Assembly (NCBI RefSeq): GCF_000175255.2
Contig: NC_017262.1
Coordinates: 330,001 to 362,000, forward strand
Direction: 5' to 3'
DNA from: Zymomonas mobilis subsp. mobilis ATCC 10988
GTDB taxonomy: Bacteria; Pseudomonadota; Alphaproteobacteria; Sphingomonadales; Sphingomonadaceae
DNA: 32,000 bases
In this document: positions 1 through 8,191 of the stretch, piece by piece
Layout: each line of letters starts with the position of its first letter
Position numbering within the stretch: the stretch's first letter is position 1
Position numbers and translations under genes: made by a program
Notes under the pieces: model-generated
Seen by the model: only the letters and a program-made list of their open reading frames with translations
The model's database searches: none
What the model was told of the DNA's origin: nothing

Positions 1-478
1 CCGGCGGATAAATATGGGACAACCAGTAATTGGCAACCACTTTACCGGACACATTCAGAATAAGACCGCCCAAAGAATAACCTTGGTTGGCATTGGCATT
101 CACGCGCCAATCGGCCTGTTCCAAATATTCATTGATCGAGGATTCAACCTTGACGATAGTTTCCTGATCTTTGCGAGATTTTGATCTTTGTTCACGATAG
201 ACAATATAAGCACGCGCTGTGGCAAAATAGTCGGAAGAGACTAAAACCTGCTCAACAATATCCTGAATCTGTTCGATTTCTGGTGCGTGATCAGCAAAGC
301 GATGCAGGATCACTTTCTGCGCCTGTTTCGCTAAGCGAGCGGCTTCGGCATGATCGAACTCACCACTAGCAGCGCCCGCTTTTTCAATCGCAATTCTGAT
401 CTTGTCGTTATCAAACAGAACTTTATTGCCATTCCGTTTGATAACAAAAGCTGGGAAAGTCGGTGCTGCACGAGCCAT
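1..478 (-). CDS. nrdD: anaerobic (class III) ribonucleoside-triphosphate reductase, N-terminal 159 codons; gene continues past the window edge
   Basis: Hand translation of the minus strand from ATG (478-476) stays open to position 1. It gives MARAAPTFPAFVIKRNGNKVLFDNDKIRIAIEKA...IQDIVEQVLVSSDYFATARAYIVYREQR (ATP-cone), then NANANQGYSLGGLILNVSGKVVANYWLSHIYPP, a pattern I associate with NrdD. Absent from the ORF track because it is open-ended. Confidence 0.7.
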   Translation of the reverse strand, partial: MARAAPTFPAFVIKRNGNKVLFDNDKIRIAIEKAGAASGEFDHAEAARLAKQAQKVILHRFADHAPEIEQIQDIVEQVLVSSDYFATARAYIVYREQRSKSRKDQETIVKVESSINEYLEQADWRVNANANQGYSLGGLILNVSGKVVANYWLSHIYPP

Positions 479-673
479 CAATATACCCTCAATTTATCCG
501 ATAAAATCACAGCAAAAACGGTCGTTTTTTCCTAAAAAAGGCTAAATATCGCCTATGGCTACAGAAAGATTGTAACCATATATGCTGTGTGATTCTGATT
601 TGGTGATTACTAAATGTTGTATAAAGCTCTAAATCAACCGAGTATTTTTCGTCAAGCAAAGAGATGGTATTGA

Positions 674-705
674 CAAAAAAGAATGCGCCAAAATAGGCGC
701 ATTCG
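674..705 (-). terminator. rho-independent terminator downstream of queC
   Basis: Perfect 9-bp stem GAATGCGCC (681-689) / GGCGCATTC (696-704) with a 6-nt loop. On the minus strand it is followed by TTTTTT (plus A-run 675-680). Confidence 0.7.
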
Positions 706-826
706 ATCTTATGAAAAAAAACGCTTGTCTTTGAATAACAACTTTTTCAAAAAACTCTGTAGGAACGCATAACAGGATGGCACCATCCTTGCTATTTTAA
801 CAAGAGCCTTACAGAAAAACGGGTTA

Positions 827-1591
827 TCAAGAACGGCTTTTCTGATAGCTTTCCCATCCGGCAGCGCGCAATTCACAAGCTGGACAATGACCGCAACCAT
901 AGCCCCAATCGTGAAGAATTTCTCGCTCACCTAAATAGCAACTGTGGCTTTCCTGCCGAATAATTTCGACCAGCTCTTTACCACCGACTTCTTCGGCCAT
1001 CTGCCAAGTCGAAGCCTTATCAAGCCACATCAACGGCGTATGCAGCACCAACCGCCTTTCGAGACCGAGATTGATCGCTACCTGTAAAGCCTTAATCGTA
1101 TCATCACGACAGTCAGGATAACCGGAATAATCCGTCTCGCACATGCCGCCAACAATATGGCGCAGGCCACGCCGATAAGCGATCGTCGCTGCAAAAGTAA
1201 AGAAGAGCAGATTCCGACCGGGAACAAAACTATTCGGGATTCCGTCTTCACCAAAGGCAATCTCGGTTTCTCGCGTCAAAGCGCAGTCGCTCACCTGATG
1301 AAGCACAGCCAGATCAAGCATATGGTCTTCACCGAGATGGGCTGCCCAATCAGGAAAATTCTGAATCAGCTTTTGTTTCAGATTCTCACGACATTCCAGT
1401 TCGATTTTATGCCGCTGTCCATAATCAAAGCCGATAGTTTCTACCCGATCAAAATGCTCCAAAGCCCAAGCGAGACAGGTCGCGGAATCCTGACCACCGG
1501 AATAAAGAACCAGACATCCTTCATTACTGACTCCTTGACGAATATCGCTCGTAAAAGAAGGCACTGATTTCTTAGTCTGATTCGCAGTCAT
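827..1591 (-). CDS. queC: 7-cyano-7-deazaguanine synthase
   Basis: 254-aa ORF with the PP-loop [21 protein letters not shown] and the C-terminal Cys cluster CYLG...CGHCPAC typical of QueC. ATG start at 1591. Confidence 0.9.
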   Translation of the reverse strand: MTANQTKKSVPSFTSDIRQGVSNEGCLVLYSGGQDSATCLAWALEHFDRVETIGFDYGQRHKIELECRENLKQKLIQNFPDWAAHLGEDHMLDLAVLHQVSDCALTRETEIAFGEDGIPNSFVPGRNLLFFTFAATIAYRRGLRHIVGGMCETDYSGYPDCRDDTIKALQVAINLGLERRLVLHTPLMWLDKASTWQMAEEVGGKELVEIIRQESHSCYLGEREILHDWGYGCGHCPACELRAAGWESYQKSRS

Positions 1592-1642
1592 GTATAAACT
1601 TCCTCGAAGGCTTCAATATTCCGGTAAACAAGGCTCAAGCGG

Positions 1643-2689
1643 TCAGGCTTTTTTGCGTTGCTCGGCAATCTGGCGCCATATTTTTATAAATTGGTCAATA
1701 TCGGATTCAGTTGTTTCTCGGCCAAAACTGACTCGGATCACTTCCTGTGCTTCCTTATCTCCCCAACCCATCGCTTTTAAAACTGGACTGGATTTCAGGC
1801 TGCCTGAAGAGCAAGCGCTACCGGCTGATATTGAGATACCGGCCATATCGAACAGAATAAGCTGGGTTTTCGCTACCATATCCGGCATCCGGTAAGATGC
1901 AATAGTGGGTATCCGCTCCGATTGATAGGCGACTACTTCGCCACCAGAAGCGATAATAGCCTGATCGAGTTTTTCTCGCAAAGTGGCTGCTTTTTCAAAC
2001 CAGTCTTTCTTTTCGCAGACCGCTGCCGCGAATCCTAAGATTGCGGGGGCATTTTCTGTTCCGGCACGATAGCCCTGCTCTTGCCCCCCAAAAGGCTTCA
2101 ATTTGGCCCAATCACGAATCAACAAAGCCCCGACACCTGGCGCTCCCCCCAATTTATGGGCAGAAAGACTGATAAAATCAGCATCAGGCAAGGGCATTTT
2201 TCCGGCAGACTGCGCCGCATCGGCAAACCATAGACTATTTTTTTCAGAAAGCGTCTGTCTCAAAATATCCGCAGGTTGAATAACGCCCGTTTCGTTATTA
2301 ACCGTCTGCACTCCAACAAGCTGATTTTCCGGTAGCTTTTCAGGAATAATATAGCCGTTTTTATCGACGGGCAGAATATTGGGAATAATACCCGCTCTTA
2401 AAAAGGCATCATGCTCAACTGCCGAAATACTGCATTGTTCTAGGGTGTTTCTCTGTAAAACCATCGCGATAGATTCGCTGGCACCACTGGTAAAAATCAG
2501 ATGATGCGGCCAATTTAACGCTTCTTTTATCCTGATGCGTGCTTCTTCTATCAAAGCGCGCATATGCCTGCCATCTTTATGGGGCGAAGACGGGTTCGCC
2601 CATATGTCAAAAGCCTCGTCCATTGCCTGTCGGGCAGAGGTCGTTATCGGGGTCGTTGCAGCGTAATCAAGATAAATTCGGCTATTCAC
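1643..2689 (-). CDS. class V aminotransferase / cysteine desulfurase (NifS/IscS-like)
   Basis: 348-aa ORF. N-terminus IYLDYAATTP, PLP-lysine context SLSAHKLGGAPGVGAL and active-site Cys context SAGSACSSG. Confidence 0.85.
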   Translation of the reverse strand: MNSRIYLDYAATTPITTSARQAMDEAFDIWANPSSPHKDGRHMRALIEEARIRIKEALNWPHHLIFTSGASESIAMVLQRNTLEQCSISAVEHDAFLRAGIIPNILPVDKNGYIIPEKLPENQLVGVQTVNNETGVIQPADILRQTLSEKNSLWFADAAQSAGKMPLPDADFISLSAHKLGGAPGVGALLIRDWAKLKPFGGQEQGYRAGTENAPAILGFAAAVCEKKDWFEKAATLREKLDQAIIASGGEVVAYQSERIPTIASYRMPDMVAKTQLILFDMAGISISAGSACSSGSLKSSPVLKAMGWGDKEAQEVIRVSFGRETTESDIDQFIKIWRQIAEQRKKA

Positions 2690-2821
2690 GCGTGAAATCC
2701 TTACAGAGCCTGTCGCTAAAAAAGCTTGAAATATTGCTTCGAAAGAAAGCTAACCTTATATAAGTTCAGAATGATAACCTGTCTTTAGGGCGTTTTTTGC
2801 CCGATAACCAAATGGATAACC

Positions 2822-3475
2822 ATGCCTGCAGTCATTTTTCCCGGCCCCGAAGGGCGTCTTGAAGGTCGATTTCAACCCGGATCAAGACCACGGGCGCCCG
2901 TAGCGCTCATTCTTCATCCGCATCCTCAAGGCGGTGGTACGATGAATAATCATATCACCATGGCACTTTACCAGACCTTTGCTCGTCGTGGTTTTGCGAC
3001 CTTGCGCTTTAATTTCAGAAGTGTTGGCCGCTCGCAAGGGACTTTTGATAACGGGATCGGTGAACTTTCCGATGCCGCTTCTGCCTTAGACTGGGTGCAG
3101 TCGATTCACCCCGAAGCGGTTACCACTTGGGTTGCCGGATTTGGGTTTGGTGCATGGATCGGGATGCAGCTTTTGATGCGTCGCCCCGAAATCAAGGGTT
3201 TTATTTCTATTGCGCCGCCAGCCAATATGTATGACTTTTCATTCCTCGCCCCCTGCCCGTCTTCAGGCATTATTATACAGGGTGAAAGTGACGAAGTCGT
3301 CACCGGTTCAGCCGTTCAAAAACTAGTCGATAAATTGCGTACGCAAAAACATATTACGATTGATCAGGCTATTATCCCGGGTGCTAATCATTTCTTTCAG
3401 AATGAAATGCCGGAATTGATGAAATCAGTCGATGATTATCTGGATATGAGATTGAAAGCCGATCTCGGACAATAA
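2822..3475 (+). CDS. alpha/beta-fold hydrolase (short, about 217 aa)
   Basis: 217-aa ORF with HPHPQGGGTMNN, nucleophile-elbow-like AGFGFGAW and C-terminal IPGANHFF. Typical small alpha/beta hydrolase, divergent from the desulfurase gene. Confidence 0.7.
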   Translation: MPAVIFPGPEGRLEGRFQPGSRPRAPVALILHPHPQGGGTMNNHITMALYQTFARRGFATLRFNFRSVGRSQGTFDNGIGELSDAASALDWVQSIHPEAVTTWVAGFGFGAWIGMQLLMRRPEIKGFISIAPPANMYDFSFLAPCPSSGIIIQGESDEVVTGSAVQKLVDKLRTQKHITIDQAIIPGANHFFQNEMPELMKSVDDYLDMRLKADLGQ

Positions 3476-3496
3476 AAATTATCAAGGCAAAAGGGT

Positions 3497-3532
3497 AGCC
3501 ATATAGGGCTAAATCACAGCTTCTATATGGCT
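3497..3532 (+). terminator. perfect 10-bp inverted repeat 22 nt after the hydrolase stop (terminator-like hairpin without a U-tract)
   Basis: AGCCATATAG (3497-3506) is the exact reverse complement of CTATATGGCT (3523-3532), with a 16-nt loop. No T-run follows, so the terminator call is weak; it could be a protein-binding palindrome. Confidence 0.35.
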
Positions 3533-3691
3533 TCCCTGTGGCCTCTATCCTGCCTCAATTTTATACTTGGCTTATGTCAATTAGATGACTGATATCTAAA
3601 AAGATTTCGCCTCGATTTCGGCGCAACTTTATTTTTCTTAAAAAAATTATAATTACCTATAGACAAGCCAATAATCTTCTTTACATCCTGA

Positions 3692-3794
3692 CATTCGCTT
3701 TTTAAAAGCGACGTCCGCTGCCCCATGGGACTTCCAACCGCAAGGCAGCTTTTACTCTTAGTCTTGCCACCCTACCCTCTGGAGGTCCCTTGAA
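3692..3794 (+). promoter_or_regulatory. structured 5' leader of the ornithine decarboxylase gene (candidate speF-type cis-regulatory RNA or translational attenuator)
   Basis: 7-bp hairpin at 3695-3711. GCTGCC 3717-3722 pairs with GGCAGC 3744-3749. GGGACTTCC 3727-3735 pairs with GGAGGTCCC 3781-3789 (9 bp, one G-U) and covers the GGAGG SD. The family assignment is from memory of the alphaproteobacterial speF motif, not from a model search. Confidence 0.45.
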
Positions 3795-4976
3795 TTGCAC
3801 AATCATCATAGCGCGCTGGGGTTAGCTACTTCTCTTCGTCCGGTTGAACCGGTTACCCTTATCCGCCCTCATGCAGCCCATCGGGCAGCCCGCTTTTTTA
3901 TTGAAAAATTTGCGGGAAAGACGATGTATGCGGTAAAGGCCAATCCGTCACCGGCGCTTATTCGTAGTTTATGGGATGCAGGTATCACGCAATATGACGT
4001 GGCTTCAGCTAATGAAGTGCGTCTGGTGCGTCATTTGTTACCAGAAGCAACCCTGTGCTTTATGAATCCGGTAAAAGCCGAAGAAGTCATCCGCGAAGCC
4101 TATTTTGAACATGGCGTTCGGGCATTTTCTCTCGATAATCAGGATGAGTTGGATAAAATCCTGCGGGCAACTGATTATGCCAAGGATTTGACGCTCTGCG
4201 TTCGACTTCGCGTTTCTTCGGATCATTCCAAATTAAGCCTTGCTTCCAAATTCGGCATTGACCCTGCCCAGTCAGCATCCTTACTGATGGCAGCACGTCA
4301 GGCTTCGGATTCTCTTGGCATTTGCTTCCATGTTGGCAGTCAGGCGATGTCACCCCAAGCCTATATTCAGGCGATGGCACTGGCGCGTGATGCCATTGTT
4401 CAAGCGGGTGTTACCGTTGATGTTATTGATGTCGGCGGCGGTTTCCCGTCGATTTATCCTGATTTGGAACCCCAAAATCTGGAAAATTATTTTCATAGCA
4501 TCCACGAAGCCTTTGAATCCCTGCCTATTTCTTACTCGGCTGAATTATGGGCTGAACCGGGACGCGCCCTTTCCGCTGAATATTCCAGCCTGATCGTTCG
4601 GGTTGAAAGACGGCGCGGCACAGATCTTTATATCAATGATGGGGCTTATGGCGCTTTGTTTGACGCAGCCCATCTGGATTGGCGTTTTCCGGTAAAACTC
4701 TTGCGGGCGGAATCCAATCAGGCACGCGATATCAATTTCAGTTTTTATGGTCCTACCTGCGATGACATGGATTATATGGCGGGTCCCTTCCCGCTACCTG
4801 CGGATGTCAAGGTCGGTGACTATATCGAAATCGGGATGCTTGGCGCTTATGGAAATGCAATGCGAACCGAATTTAACGGTTTTACGCCCAGCATGACCGT
4901 GATCGCCGACGATCAACCCATGGCCAGCCTTTATAATGACACGGGCGACCATCAGCATAGCATCGCTATGCGTTAA
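3795..4976 (+). CDS. ornithine/lysine decarboxylase, type III PLP (alanine-racemase-fold) family
   Basis: 393-aa ORF with the PLP-lysine motif YAVKANP, then FHVGSQ, DVGGGFP and EPGR. TTG start at 3795, 9 nt after a strong GGAGG (3781-3785). Confidence 0.88.
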   Translation: MHNHHSALGLATSLRPVEPVTLIRPHAAHRAARFFIEKFAGKTMYAVKANPSPALIRSLWDAGITQYDVASANEVRLVRHLLPEATLCFMNPVKAEEVIREAYFEHGVRAFSLDNQDELDKILRATDYAKDLTLCVRLRVSSDHSKLSLASKFGIDPAQSASLLMAARQASDSLGICFHVGSQAMSPQAYIQAMALARDAIVQAGVTVDVIDVGGGFPSIYPDLEPQNLENYFHSIHEAFESLPISYSAELWAEPGRALSAEYSSLIVRVERRRGTDLYINDGAYGALFDAAHLDWRFPVKLLRAESNQARDINFSFYGPTCDDMDYMAGPFPLPADVKVGDYIEIGMLGAYGNAMRTEFNGFTPSMTVIADDQPMASLYNDTGDHQHSIAMR

Positions 4977-5057
4977 ATGCCTTTGTCATGAAATAATGCT
5001 TTTTCTACATTAAAACATCTTCTGACTATAGCGGATTCCAAGCGGAGTTTCTTTATT

Positions 5058-6110
5058 ATGACGGATTCCAAAACAAACGATCAGCGCAAAGCTGAATTGC
5101 TGTCCAAGCAAGTCGAACATATCGACATTCGCAGCTTTGACGCTCGCCCGATTATTGATGCTATGGGCAAGATGAGCTTCACCAGCCGCGATCTGGCACG
5201 GGCAACCGATATTTATAACCAGATGTTGGCTGACCCGAAATGCACCATCTTTCTTGTTATCGCCGGTTCAACTTCGGCGGGTGGTTGCATGGATGCTTAT
5301 GCTGAATTGCTGCGCTCCAATATGATTGATGGTGTCGTTGCTACCGGTGCTTCGATTGTCGACATGGATTTCTTCGAAGGCTTGGGTCACAAGCATTATC
5401 AGGCTTTAGAAGTGCCTGATGATATGACGCTGCGTTCGCTTTATATTGACCGTATCTACGACACCTATATTGACGAAGAACAGCTTCAGGATTGCGATAA
5501 TACCATTTATAAAATCGCAGAATCCCTGAATCCGGGCGGTTACTCCAGCCGTGCATTCATCCGTGAAATGGGTCGTTATCTTTCGGAACATGGCAAAAAA
5601 GAAAACAGCCTTGTAAAATTGGCCTATGAACATGATGTGCCGATCTTCTGTCCGGCCTTTGTTGATTCTTCTGCTGGTTTCGGTCTGGTAAAACATCAGG
5701 TTGAACGCATCCGTGATAAAAAACCTTATGTCATGCTGGATGCAGCGGCCGATTTCCGTGAATTGACCGATATTAAAATCAAGGCAGGCACCACCGGTCT
5801 TCTGATGATCGGTGGCGGTGTTCCGAAAAACTTTGTGCAGGATACGGTTGTTTGCGCCGAAGTTCTTGGCCATGAAGATATCGAAATGCACAAATATGCC
5901 GTTCAGATCACGGTCGCGGATGTCCGCGACGGCGCTTGCTCTTCTTCCACGCTGAAGGAAGCCGCTAGCTGGGGTAAAGTCGATACGGCTTTGGAACAGA
6001 TGGTTTATGCCGAAGCCGGTTCAGTCTTGCCATTATTGGCCTCTGATGCATGGCATCGCGGTTTTTGGAAAAACCGTGAACCCCGCGCATGGAGCAAATT
6101 GTTCGACTAA
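5058..6110 (+). CDS. deoxyhypusine synthase-like protein (bacterial DHS homologue)
   Basis: 350-aa ORF. It aligns by eye to eukaryotic DHS blocks: IFLVIAGSTSAGG, HDVPIFCPAFVDSSAG, LMIGGGVPKNF. The catalytic-lysine motif ASWGKV is retained. Confidence 0.85.
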   Translation: MTDSKTNDQRKAELLSKQVEHIDIRSFDARPIIDAMGKMSFTSRDLARATDIYNQMLADPKCTIFLVIAGSTSAGGCMDAYAELLRSNMIDGVVATGASIVDMDFFEGLGHKHYQALEVPDDMTLRSLYIDRIYDTYIDEEQLQDCDNTIYKIAESLNPGGYSSRAFIREMGRYLSEHGKKENSLVKLAYEHDVPIFCPAFVDSSAGFGLVKHQVERIRDKKPYVMLDAAADFRELTDIKIKAGTTGLLMIGGGVPKNFVQDTVVCAEVLGHEDIEMHKYAVQITVADVRDGACSSSTLKEAASWGKVDTALEQMVYAEAGSVLPLLASDAWHRGFWKNREPRAWSKLFD

Positions 6111-6140
6111 AACCAAGAAAAGAATTTTCATTTCTTGCGA

Positions 6141-6168
6141 AAAAAGCTGCCTTTGGCAGCTTTTTTTG
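6141..6168 (+). terminator. rho-independent terminator after the DHS-like gene
   Basis: AGCTGCC (6145-6151) / GGCAGCT (6156-6162), loop TTTG, followed by a T-run. Confidence 0.8.
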
Positions 6169-6292
6169 TCTCTTTATCGTTGCCTTTCGATAGTTGGATT
6201 TTTTATTTTCATTTCTTGGAAGTTATTTATTAAAAGTTTTTTGCGACTATCGACTTGCTGTTTCTTTCAATCTGGCTCATGGTTTGCACGAC

Positions 6293-7393
6293 ATGACTGG
6301 TTCTGATGATTTTAGCTTCGAGATAAACGGGGATCAACTTGCCTTGCAGGGTGTGTTGACGCTTGCCCATCTCGATAGCTTGTCGAATACGTTGCAAATG
6401 CTTTCTGATGTAAAAGTAATCGACCTTTCAAATCTGCACCGGATGGATACCGCTGGCGCATGGTTGGTGCATAAGCTGGCACAAGACAATAATGCCGAGG
6501 TCAAAGGAACGAATAGCGCTGTCGCGCATATCCTCGATCAAATATCGCATTATGACCGCCCGCTTCCCCCTGAACCCAAAGCCGTCTCGCCTTTGATCTA
6601 TACCTTAACAGGGGTCGGTAAAAATACGGTCCATGTCTGGTATACGATTGTTGGACTCGTCAATTTTTTTGGCGCTCTACTTGTCAGTATCTGGCATACT
6701 ATCTGCCATCCCAGCCGGCTGCGCCTGACGGCGATTATCTGCCAAATGGAAACAGTCGGCGTGAATGCTTTGGCTATTGTTGGCTTGATGAGCATTCTTG
6801 TTGGGGTTGTGATCGCTCAACAAGGGGCGGTTCAATTGCGACAATTCGGGGCAGAAATTTATTCTATCAATCTGGTCGGACGGCTTTCTTTCCGCGAATT
6901 AGGCGTTTTGATGACGGCGATTATGGTCGCTGGTCGTTCTGGTTCAGCTTTTGCGGCACAAATTGGCTCCATGAATTTGGCTGAAGAAATAGACGCGATG
7001 CGCATTATCGGCGTTTCGCCTATGGAAAGTTTGGTTTTACCACGTTTTCTGGCCAGCATCATTATGATGCCTCTTCTTGGTTTTTATGCAACGATCGCCG
7101 CCGTCATTGGTGGCGGGTTGCTTTGCTGGACAGTTCTCGATATTCCGCCCACAACATTTTTTACGCGGTTAAGAGAGGTTATCCCTTACACTGATGTCGC
7201 TGTCGGCTTAGTCAAAGCGCCCATTTTCGGGGCATTGATTGCAATTGCTGGATGTTTCCAAGGCACACAGGTCAAGGGTAACGCAGAACAACTCGGCTAT
7301 TGCACGACAAAGGCCGTTGTTCATTCCATCTTTTTGGTTATCGTTCTTGATGCCTTCTTTGCCGTCTTCTTTTCAGAGATAGGCTGGGTATGA
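6293..7393 (+). CDS. MlaE-family ABC transporter permease with N-terminal STAS (MlaB-like) domain
   Basis: The N-terminal FSFEINGDQLALQGVLTLAHLDSL...DLSNLHRMDTAGAWLV segment looks STAS-like, followed by a multi-TM MlaE/YrbE-type core. The ORF is open from TTG 6194. I prefer ATG 6293 because homologues start just before the STAS strand; this start is uncertain. Confidence 0.8.
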   Translation: MTGSDDFSFEINGDQLALQGVLTLAHLDSLSNTLQMLSDVKVIDLSNLHRMDTAGAWLVHKLAQDNNAEVKGTNSAVAHILDQISHYDRPLPPEPKAVSPLIYTLTGVGKNTVHVWYTIVGLVNFFGALLVSIWHTICHPSRLRLTAIICQMETVGVNALAIVGLMSILVGVVIAQQGAVQLRQFGAEIYSINLVGRLSFRELGVLMTAIMVAGRSGSAFAAQIGSMNLAEEIDAMRIIGVSPMESLVLPRFLASIIMMPLLGFYATIAAVIGGGLLCWTVLDIPPTTFFTRLREVIPYTDVAVGLVKAPIFGALIAIAGCFQGTQVKGNAEQLGYCTTKAVVHSIFLVIVLDAFFAVFFSEIGWV

Positions 7394-8181
7394 GCGATTC
7401 TGATATTATCCAGATCCGAGACCTCAAAAACAGCTTCGGTAGTCAGGTCGTGCATGACGGGGTTAATCTCGACGTAAAACGAGGTGAAATTCTAGGCCTT
7501 GTTGGCGGATCGGGAACGGGGAAATCCGTTTTGCTGCGCTCGATTATCGGTTTGCAGCAACCTGTAGCCGGTTCAATCAAGGTTCTAGGCCATGAAATGA
7601 TTGGCAAAGACCCGCTCACTATGCGGATGGTCAGTCGGCATTGGGGCGTTCTCTTTCAAGAAAGCGCGCTGTTTTCGACCCTGAATATTACTGAAAATGT
7701 CAAAGTGCCGTTAAGGGAATATTATCCTGAACTAGGTGACTCCCTGCTCGATCAAATTGCTGGCTATAAAATTGCCATGACCGATCTTCCCGAAGATGTC
7801 GGAATAAAATTTAATTCCGAATTATCGGGCGGGATGCGGAAAAGAGCGGGATTGGCACGCGCTTTGGCACTAGATCCTGATTTATTATTTTTGGATGAGC
7901 CAACGTCAGGCCTCGATCCGGTCAGCGCAGACGCAATTGATGCTCTTATTTTAGGGCTTCGCAAGATGCTGGGTTTAACCGTTTTCATGATTACGCATGA
8001 TCTCGACAGCCTTTATAATATTTGTGATCGCGTTGCTGTCTTGGCTGACAAGAAAGTTCTGGCCGTCGATACGGTTGAAAATCTGACCAAGTTCGATCAT
8101 CCGTGGATAAAACGTTACTTCAATGGCCCCCGCGGTCGGGCAGCCGCGGAGTCTTTTGAAGCCAGAAAGACGGGAGCATAA
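7390..8181 (+). CDS. MlaF-family ABC transporter ATP-binding protein
   Basis: Walker A GGSGTGKS, signature LSGGMRKR, Walker B LLFLDEPTSGLD. ATGA overlap with the permease gene. Confidence 0.9.
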   Translation: MSDSDIIQIRDLKNSFGSQVVHDGVNLDVKRGEILGLVGGSGTGKSVLLRSIIGLQQPVAGSIKVLGHEMIGKDPLTMRMVSRHWGVLFQESALFSTLNITENVKVPLREYYPELGDSLLDQIAGYKIAMTDLPEDVGIKFNSELSGGMRKRAGLARALALDPDLLFLDEPTSGLDPVSADAIDALILGLRKMLGLTVFMITHDLDSLYNICDRVAVLADKKVLAVDTVENLTKFDHPWIKRYFNGPRGRAAAESFEARKTGA

Positions 8182-8191
8182 GGAATAGACC

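Noticed and set aside
565-600. Possible NrdR box or FNR site in the nrdD upstream region (CACAGCATATATGGTTAC around 572-589).
   Set aside because: Only the central ATATAT resembles the NrdR box and the arms are not palindromic. No second box occurs at the usual spacing, and no TTGAT-N4-ATCAA match is present. This is too weak to call without a PWM scan.
709-930. 73-aa minus-strand ORF overlapping the 3' end of queC and extending into the 3' UTR.
   Set aside because: It starts inside queC in another frame, has no SD, and crosses terminator-like structures.
3545-3557. Exact 13-mer CTATCCTGCCTCA shared between 3545-3557 and 30686-30698, both in intergenic DNA. I considered it as a repeated regulatory or REP-like element.
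   Set aside because: A rough estimate for a 32-kb window on both strands gives on the order of ten chance 13-mer coincidences. The flanking sequences do not align, and no shared secondary structure is evident.
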